Origin: Chrysomallon squamiferum
Lineage: Eukaryota; Animalia; Mollusca
Reading direction: 5' to 3'
DNA: 64,000 nt
Assembly (NCBI GenBank): GCA_012295275.1
Contig: CM022665.1
Location: 37,758,001-37,822,000, forward strand
Positions 54,584 to 64,000 of this stretch are shown piece after piece. The first letter of the stretch is position 1; every line of letters starts with the position of its first letter. A model generated the notes under the pieces. It was given only the letters and a program-made list of their open reading frames with translations, was not told the DNA's origin and searched no databases. The position numbers were made by a program, and so were the translations under genes.

Positions 54584-57500
54584 ATGGAGGAACAAGATGA
54601 AACAAGATCTTTTGGTGATAATATTGATACTGTTCACACATGTGTGCAAACTGTAGATACCACTGAAGTAAGTTCTGGTAAATCTGAAGACCACAGTTTG
54701 AAGAGTCCAAATGTATCTGGAGATAATGTGAAAAGTAAGGACAATGTTACTAATGTACCTACAGCTGCATCTGGTGATAATGACTCTGTGCTATCGGCTT
54801 CAGATATTATAGCTGATATTATGAAGCGGCACTCGGAGAAACAATCAAAGGAACAAGAAAAACAAGATGTAGGAAGTTGGATTCCCAGAGAACACGAACC
54901 TTTATGGAGCCTTCTGTCTCAGATACCAAAGAAAGCCCAGCGAGGTCTTCTAATGCAGTGTGATCTCATACTGACATGTGTGGACGCTGATGAAAACTTC
55001 ATCGCTCTTGGAACTAATATCGGCATTACGTTTCTTTATCACAGAAACAAACAGTCATTAGAAAGATTAAAATCTGAGGTTTGTTGGATTTTATCTTTTT
55101 CATATTTATTTTTAATGGAAAAAAAGTTTGATTATTTATTTTTTTTTTTTCAGATAAATGGAAATTAGATTTTTTTATTTAACCTCAAGTTATCTTTATC
55201 AATTTTCTTTTCTGTAATTGCTGAAAATTCAGTTTGCAATAAATGTACCTAAACGATGCAAAAATGTGTTATTTTGTAAACTTTATTTACAGTTTTTCTC
55301 CCTTTATGTTTAATTTGAAAAACTGTTATTATTTTCAGTCTTCTAGTGATGTGGTTACATGTGTTCAGTTGCATCATGGGATTGACTATCAGTTAGCTGT
55401 TGGAATGGCCTCGGGAACAATATATATTTTCCAGCTTCCATCTATGATGACTGGTTTAAACAAGCAGGTTGACTTCATTATTTTTTAATAATATATTTAT
55501 TTAAATTTATGATTATTTTGTAATAGATCTGTTGTAGAAAAGATCAGTACCATTCATACTCATGTTTTTTTAATATATATTTAATAATTTGTATATTTTT
55601 GTATTATATTTATTTATTAACTTTGAAGGGAGAAATATAATAAGATTTATCATATTTATATAACAAACATTTGGTACTGTCTCTTAAAAATCAGTTAATT
55701 TATTTACTATGTCTCTATTTATCTTTTTAGTTGCAAAAATTCCATGTAACTGATATGCACAGAACCTACTTAACCTGCATAGAATGGAGCACCAATGGAA
55801 TGCGTTTGTTCAGTGGAGACAAACTGGGTACAGTCGTTTCAACGGAGGTTGATTTTTATCAGGTATTTAGATAGTGCATTTGAAAACTTTGACTCTGTTA
55901 ATGACAGAAATTTTAATATTTCATAAATATTTGATAACATGAAACTTTTAAAAAACTAAATATAATTTTTTCTCACAATATATATTTTTTTGGTTTGAAT
56001 TATACAGGGCCAGTGTAAATCTGATGTGCTAATTGAGGAACCTGGTTTTGCTGTGGTTCAGCTCCATTATGATCACAAGGCACTTGTCATATCCAACAAG
56101 AAGCGAAGTTTTGTATGTCGTTTAGATGAGGATAATAAAATATTTCAGATAGGCCAGCAGGAAAGGAAAGTGTGAGTACACCCCAGTCTTTAAAAACAAG
56201 GGCGAAAAAATGAAACAGTACATCCCTCATAAATAGCAAGCTTGCTGTTTGTTAATGATTGTTGAGAAAGTAAAATTTTATGCTGTGTAATGTTACTGTT
56301 AGTGAACAGAATATTTCTGTATTTTATGGACAATAGAAAGTGACAGTTTGGTTGTTTCAATATCAGGAAAGAAATGAAATTTGCTTATTTTAATTTAGGT
56401 AACCATGGACCAGGTTTTATTTTTCAGCTAGGTAACTATGGTCTAGAATTTAATTTTTTCAGTAAAGTTACTGTAGTTTATTTTAAAAATTATAGCATAC
56501 AGCAGGGACTAACCATTATGATTGTTTTTTCTTTTTCATATTGTTGGTGTCATTTTATTTTTAGTAGAGATACAATGGTGTTTGTTTTACTTTTCAGTGG
56601 TATAACTGTGGTGACACTTCATTTTCAATAAGATAACTATAGTCCCTGTTTCTTTTTAGTAATCTGACTGTAGTACCTGTTTATTTGTCAGTACAGTAAC
56701 TGGTTCCTCTGAGTTTTTTTTTTTATCTCTTATAATATTATTATTATTATTTGTTTTTTTTTCAGTGATGGTAATTTTGGTGCTTGTTTTATACCTGGTT
56801 TTTGTAAAACCAGTGATGCTCAGCTGTATGCAGCTCGACCTGCTCTTCGCCTGTGGAAATCAGACATTAATGGAACTGTGTTAAACACAAACATTTTCAG
56901 GGACCTAATTGGTCCAAACAACCCAGAGATTCAGTTGGTGAAACCAGAAAAATTAATAAATCCTGTGGAATTTCAATTTGGTAAACTTTGTATCTATCGT
57001 GGAAACCAGATTCTCAGTTGGACCCAAAATTGTCTCTTGGTGTTAGACCCAGACTCAAACTCTGTTGTTGCTCGACTTGACAGAGCTGGGTATATTAGCG
57101 ATGTGAGTGTTCATCAGGATGAGATCTTTGTGTTGAGGCGCAATACGGAAACAGACTTGATACGGCTTGCATTAAAACCTGAAGCTGTCCCAAAAGGTAG
57201 AGATAAAAAAATCAGTTACTTTGATATCAGAAAATATAACATTTTGATATTAAATTTAAATAAATACAAAAAGATATATATAATATTTATTATTATTTTT
57301 GAGTGAATAGATTGATTTAAATGTAAATAATAAACTTTGAAAGATTTGTTATTAACCAGGATCAAAACAAACGTATTTAAACCATTTTAATCTGCAAAAA
57401 GAAATCAAAAGTTATACACAATTATAATTAATAAAATAACACACAGTAAAACCTTTCTTTTATTTTTAATATTATTGATAAAACATATTTCTCAAGTAAT

Positions 57501-60500
57501 GTATCTAACCTAATAAATTTTAAAGCTATTTTTTTAATTCATAGTAATATAATTCAACTGGACATGATCCATATTTATAATCATATTTACAGTCCATCAT
57601 CTGTTGCTGGAACACCAATTAACTACAACAACATCACCTGACTCTCTCATAAAGTCTGTGACAAGTCTAATTTCACCAACATCTAACAAAAGTTCACCCG
57701 ATGACCAGGACAATAGCTCCAGCAAACATGTCTCACCTAAGGCATTTATCAAAAAGAACATATTTGAAAAGCTAAACAAGTTACTGGATGTGGCTTCTCC
57801 GGATTCTGCTTCATCTCGACCTCTAGGACAGCAGAGTGAAGTGTCAGTTAAGCAGCTGATAGAAGGTGGAACCAGCAGTGATGGGGAACAGGCAGATGTT
57901 CCCAAATCAATATCTCCAGAATTACCTCCAGTTGTAAAACTAGGGTCACCAGAGTTGCCTTCTTTGTACATTTACTCTTCTAATTCTGGATCTCCTCTGT
58001 CACCGTCTGCTAGCGAAGTACTCATTGATTCTTCAGCTTCCAATACTCCAATGTCCTGTAGTAAAACTGCATTGGTTGATTCAGAAAAAGTAGATGAAAA
58101 TAAACAAAGGATCAATGATGATAAGTTGTTGGCAGAAGAAGTTTCAAATATTGAACACCACATCGCTTTGATATCTGAGAGGGTTCATATTGATGACAAT
58201 GTAGATGATTCTGAAGATCTTGTCTACAGTCACAAGAGTAAAAAACATAAAAAGAAAAAAGCCAAACAGGGTTTGTTACAGTTGATAAATTCAGTTATTT
58301 CATCTTATTTCGTGTTCTTCCATGCCAGTTTCAGACCTTAAAACAAATATATTTAAAGTTATTTACTTTTCTTTAGCAAAAGTAACCCATTAACTATTTC
58401 TTGTATTATCTTTTAATGTTTTTTTAATTATTTTTTAAATTTAATTTATTAATTTATGTATTTTATTACTTTTGTTATTTAAGATTAGAGATCTATAGAT
58501 ATATTTTTGAGCAAATAGAAATATAATTATCTCATAATTTTCATTTCTTCTTCAGTTTTATTAGTATTATTTTTTTAATTAAATTATTTCTGTTTCTAAT
58601 ATACTTTTTGTGCTAGGGTATCATTAAAAATTAATTATTGGAAGAGCTAAATTTATGTCAGTGTTTTATTTTTGTATTTTAGGTAATGTCAAAAAGAAAG
58701 ATGATGATGAAATCAGTGAAAATTCTGATAGTTTCAGTTCACAAACAAATGAAGTCACAGCAAACCCACCTCAGTGCACTTCACAAGTGAAACCAATCCC
58801 TAGCTTAGATCCAGATGAAACTCTTAGAATTGCTGATGAAATCCTGAAAAGGACAAATGAATTAATCCGAGGTCGTTCTTCTCCTTCTTCAGTTTTAGAA
58901 GATGATCTTTCTTCTGAAATGTTATCCTCAAAGCCAGATACATCATCAAGGCAAGATGTCTCCCCAAAGCAGAAAGTCTCTTCAAAACAAAATACCTCTG
59001 CAAAGCAAGATCAGTTTTCAAAACAAAATACATCTTCAGCTGATTCTCAAACAACATCAGCACCCAAACGTCCACAAGATATTCCATATGTATACAGTGT
59101 TGACCATAGCAATCTACCTGACATAAATACCACTGGCCATGTATTTAAAAAACTGAACGAAAAAGCTGCAGTTATTTCTTCAACATATGAAGCTGTGCAG
59201 TCTGACTCTAATCTGAGCACTCAGAATACTCAGCAGTCAGTTGGCAAAAGTTCTGATGGAGGCTTTTATTCCACTTCTGATACTTCAACAGATGATTTCT
59301 ATAAAAAATACAGAACTCCAGTATCACCTTCCAGCACAGATTCACTGACAAGTCCTTTGGAAAATGTTTTATCACCACAAGCGGAATCTGATCAAAGACC
59401 CCATGTTGTCCATAAAGATGTGAGTGAACTTGACAGTAATTTGGGAAATATTACTAATGGCACACTTCATCGTATTGCCAACAGCTGGTCTGAAATTTCC
59501 GCTCCAGCAAATATTTACAGTCTTGTTTTGTCTGACAGTCATATATGGTTCACAGACAAGAGTGAACACATTTACTTCAGTGCATTAAACAGTGCTAAAG
59601 GAGTGGTCTGGAGAAAAGCTTCAGGCTCGGCAAGTCAGGTGTCTGTGTCTCATAATGGTAAAATAGTGTGGCGGCTTCACAAAGGCACAGCTTATGCAGG
59701 AACAAAGATCACAACTAAACACCCAGAAGGGCTTAAGTGGGTTGAAGCTGTCAGAGATGTGGCTTTTATCAGTGTTGATGACAGCTGTGCATGGTAATAT
59801 AGTTTTTACTTGTTATTGTTATAATTTCCTTTGCTGTAATTCTTTTTTTTTATCTGATTCACATGTTATTATTTATGTGATTTTTGTGTGTGTTTGTTGT
59901 GTTTGTGTGTGTATGTGTTTGTATTAGTTAAGCCACTTAAATTTCATCTACTACTCTGTACTGTTTGATATGTGAAACTGTATATTAAAAATATGCATTG
60001 TTGTAATTAAGAATAGTTACTCATCTTACTGTATTGCATTTTCTCTCACAGTATCATTACAAAATTGCACAACTACTAAATAATGTAAAAATACATTGAT
60101 TGAGCTATTTTTAAACAAATATTATTTATTTATTTTTTATTTTAATTTCTTCAGGTATGTGAAAAACGATGGCACTGTAATGATACAGAAAGGTTTGTCT
60201 ATTGAAAGGCCATGTTTCCGGTCACTCAAAGTGAATTGTATTCATGTACTGAGGCAGATTGTCTGCCGAGATGGTGTTGTGTGGGCAGTGACAAAAGACT
60301 ACAGACTGATATACAGGAAGGGAATCACAGCACAGTGTGTAGAAGGAACTGACTGGGATGTTGTGGATGTGTAAGATAACAGCTATAAAAAAAAAATAAT
60401 TAGATTGGCCAGTTTATTCTGGCTTTAATAATCTTCCTTACTCTTTCCATTTTCTTTCTCCTTCCCTTTCTTACCTCACTGCTGTCTCTCATTATCTCTT

Positions 60501-63500
60501 TTCATTTACACTTTTGTCTGTCTGTTTAATTATAAATCTGCTTATATCTGAATTGTTGTCCATTCATCTTTTTTTTTTTTTTTTTTTTACTATGATCATT
60601 GTTATTTTATTTTTATTTTATCAGTTTGCATTATATAATTTTGTTGAACAGAAAGAAAATGAAGTTAATTCTTGAGTTAAGTTCAAATGCCCAGAGACAG
60701 GAGTCAGTCAGCATTCCAGATCTAATCTTTTCACTACTATCACTGAAAAAGAAGAAAATCTTGTCTAAAAGAAAATTGATTTCTTGGGTTGTATGAAAAT
60801 TTTGGATTTATTTTGGTTTCAGAAATCCAGAAGGATTACTGTGTTCAAGTGTTGCACTGTCAGATCAAGACACTGGATGGGCACTGGATCTTTTAGGTAG
60901 AGTTTGGTTCTGCACTGGTGTGACAAGACAAACTCCTACAGGAGATGGTAACTGGTGGCAGGTATTAATTATAAACTACAGGTGTTGTTATTTGTCTGAA
61001 TACAAGTTTGATAATGGAGTTCATGCCGAAGTAGTTCAACCTTAGTAAATTTATCACTTGGTCTGTAGTAGTGTTTGGTACTTAAATAAACAGTTTATGA
61101 AAAGAAATTTCAAGTAAATACCTGATTAAAAGTGATTTATTTGTGATTTATATAATTAACCTTATACTCACAGATCACAAAACTGTTTATATTAAAGTTT
61201 GAAAATATATGCGACTGAAAAAGTTTTAGCTTTTTATTGTCATTTTTTGATTCATTTGTTTGTTTTGTTTTTTTTTTTTTTTTTTTAAATTCTTGATTAC
61301 AAACAGAAAAGAAACAGAACAGTATACATTTATCCGTACAGTTTAGATTTGGTCTAAATGTAAATCATTTTTGAAAAGTAAAGTATTGATATCATTTTAC
61401 CACTACTTGTAACTAACATTTCTCTTTTATATATTTTTTTTTTTGGAAAGGTTCCCATGAGTGAATATTTTGTTCAAGATACCACTGCCATTGACACTTT
61501 ACGATCTCTGGCTAAAACATTTGATCCACAGAAGTTGTCTTTTCTGGTTAGTACAAATAGAGGTGGTCTGATTGCAGCTGGTTCTGCAGGAACCTGGGTT
61601 TGTTTTGGATATAAGAATATCCTCAATGTCTGCAGAGGAAATTTCATTGGTAAGTAAGGATTTACTATTTTTAATTTTAGTTTTTTTTTTAAACCTGCAT
61701 TAAATTTTTTTTTGTTAGTATGACACATCAAATGTTTATAAAATAAAAAAAAGATAGCCAGTGTATTGTTGTATTTTCACAATTAATGGGTATTTTTAGA
61801 AGATTGTTTAGTCTGTTTTTTCTAAAAAAATTATTAATTATATATATATATATATAAGTTTTTTATTTTTGGATGGTTTTCCAGCTTTTTAGATGAATAA
61901 AAACAATAAAATTAAGTAGTAGTCATAAAATATGACAGTAAATAATAAATACCACTTTTTAGAAGATTTATTTATAATTTATTATTATTATGATTGTATT
62001 TTTTATTTATATTTTTTGTTTAGGTTATCGATGGACGGATGCCCAGTTAATTGAAATGGCTCCTTCAGTTGTTTGGAAAATCATTTCAGCCTGTAATGCA
62101 GATGCTGAATGGGGTAACATTATTTTGAGTACCTTAGAAATATAGATAACAACTTGAATGAAGTGTTGAAATAATTATTTTAAAATGCAAAGTTAAACTC
62201 AAAGGAAAACATTGTATTGTTTTTAAACCTTTTTTTATCTAACTGCTGATATATCTACTTTTGTAATAAAAAGATTACAAATTGAATTATAAATAAAATA
62301 AACATTTATTGTAAATATTTCAGGGCTAAAGTTGATGGTTAACAGAATTAATAAGAAAGTACTTTTTTTATATTTATTATTATTATTTATTTATTATTTT
62401 TATTTTTATTTTTTGTTAATAGGAAGGGTTTGGGCTCAACAACCAAATGGAGAACTCTATGCATTTTCGAAATCCACCAATCAGGGAAACTGGGTGTCTC
62501 CTTCACCATTGTTTCTGAGTCTGCATGCTGGACCTACTGCTGTGTGGGGTTTGGATGATACAGGGAAAGTCTTAGTAAGGGCTGGAATGGGACCTTACTG
62601 CCCTTTGGGAGCTAGCTGGTCAGAACTGGATCTCTCGCAGTTAGGTAATGTGTTCACATTAGGAAAGTTTTAATATGCTAGTTCCAGTAATAATTCTCTT
62701 GGAGTTCACATCTGATCATGACACACAGTTTTCAGGCATATTTTATTAGTCTAGGCATAACGTATAGGTCTGTGATTAGTATGTTACATTTCATTAGACA
62801 AAAGTTTATTTAGTATTACTAATAGTTTTACATTTTTTTCAGTTCTGTATGAGTACCTTGATGTGACCTCTATACTTTTGGTCAGACCAAAATGTTTGTT
62901 TATATTTTCATGTACCAGTATATATTTAAGTAACTATGTTAATGTACATGTTTGTATTATCACTTCTACTTTTCATATATTTTTTGTAATTATTATCATA
63001 GATAGGCAGTAGGTTTTATTGTTATTATATTATAATTTTTATATAAAGTCATAAAAACTATGTATTTTACACATACACACACTTTATATATAATGATACT
63101 CACACAAACACCAATTGTGTAATTATAGTGATCACCTTTTTACAGGTGATGTTCAGCTCATGTACATCAGCTGTAATGCAATGTATGTGTGGGCAGCGGA
63201 CTGTAATGGTCAAGTCTATCAGAGAATAGGAGCCAAAGCTCCTCAGGACCAACAACTTAGTCCAGCTTGGCTTCCAATAGATTCATTTTCAGATATTGTG
63301 TTCACTAAGGTTGTGATTGGGCCACTAGACTGGATGGTAATTTTGCTTGAGAAATAAAATTATAACTGTTGAAATGAATATCATGGTGACTGTTGAAGCA
63401 AAGATAAATGGAACAATTTGAATGTTGATTCCGAAAAGTGTAATGTTAAAATGAATTAAGATGGAATTAGAATAATGTACATATTATATTATATTATATC

Positions 63501-63868
63501 ATGTTTATTTTTTTATTTTTCATGTAAGTATTAGTTGTTCCACTTACAAGAAATAATTTTCATTTTAATTGTCTATATTTACTTAAAAGGTATTGCCAGT
63601 ATGATGACATTGGTTAACAGATTGACAGGTTTTTATTTTATTTTATCTTTTTCTCAGTATTATTCTATAAATTTAATATAAAACAACAGTAGCAGTTGTC
63701 CCTTACTGATTAAGAATGGTTTTAACTTCTGTTCATGAATATTTTTTTATTACTACAGTGTGTTTATATTTGTTCAGGTCTGGGCTGTTGATAATCGAAG
63801 GCTAGCCTATGTCAGAGCTGGAATCACAGAGGAAATGCCAATAGGTAAAGAGTGGCTCCATGTCCCAG
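54584..63868 (+). CDS. TECPR2: Tectonin beta-propeller repeat-containing protein 2 (partial; continues past the window end)
   Basis: In-phase exons 54584-55078, 55339-55467, 55731-55862, 56008-56171, 56766-57196, 57593-58270, 58683-59793, 60155-60370, 60823-60961, 61451-61649, 62024-62113, 62423-62644, 63146-63336 and 63778-63868. They encode an N-terminal HPS5-like WD region (CIEWSTNGMRLFSGD; GNFGACFIPGFCK..LYAARPALRLWKSDINGTV), a Ser-rich disordered centre with a poly-Lys patch (KSKKHKKKK), then TECPR repeats (VWAV..G.V..R.G...P.G..W). No stop codon falls within the window. Confidence 0.93.
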
Positions 63869-64000
63869 GTAACAGCAAATTTCTCTGTTTCTGTGAAGTA
63901 AAAAAACAGTTCCAAAAATACAGATTAACTGAAGACTTAAAAAAATAAATTAATTAATTAAATGAAAACATATTTTATTAATCAGACATTTTATATATAA

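Noticed and set aside
57597-59569. Antisense and alternative-frame ORFs over large TECPR2 exons
   Set aside because: They are shadows of the real coding exons.

Overview
AT-rich, intron-containing animal genomic DNA, dense in microsatellites. It is most consistent with a mollusc, probably a gastropod; this is an inference from gene content and SINE sequence. Three spliced genes can be rebuilt by hand with consistent GT-AG exon phases. (1) A minus-strand 5-exon gene (34971-43491), largely missed by the ORF track, encodes a ~215-aa probably secreted protein with a reduced antistasin-like module, a Cys-rich FOLN-like module and a very basic, atypical Kunitz domain. (2) A complete 8-exon DHRS7-type short-chain dehydrogenase lies on the minus strand (48124-52587). 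(3) TECPR2 lies head-to-head with DHRS7 on the plus strand (54584 to beyond the window end). The first ~34 kb has no protein-coding gene I can support. It holds microsatellites, a hAT MITE, SINE remnants, dispersed repeats and CpG-rich patches. The most notable features are the antistasin/FOLN/polybasic-Kunitz protein, a pogo-like element with a PHD-finger remnant in its intron, a ~41-bp array of forkhead-type motifs in its first intron, a possible spliced uORF and bidirectional promoter for TECPR2, and a sharp CpG/microsatellite boundary near 47.5 kb. No prokaryotic systems, CRISPR arrays, rRNA or intact tRNA genes were seen. All identifications were made by eye, with no database searches.
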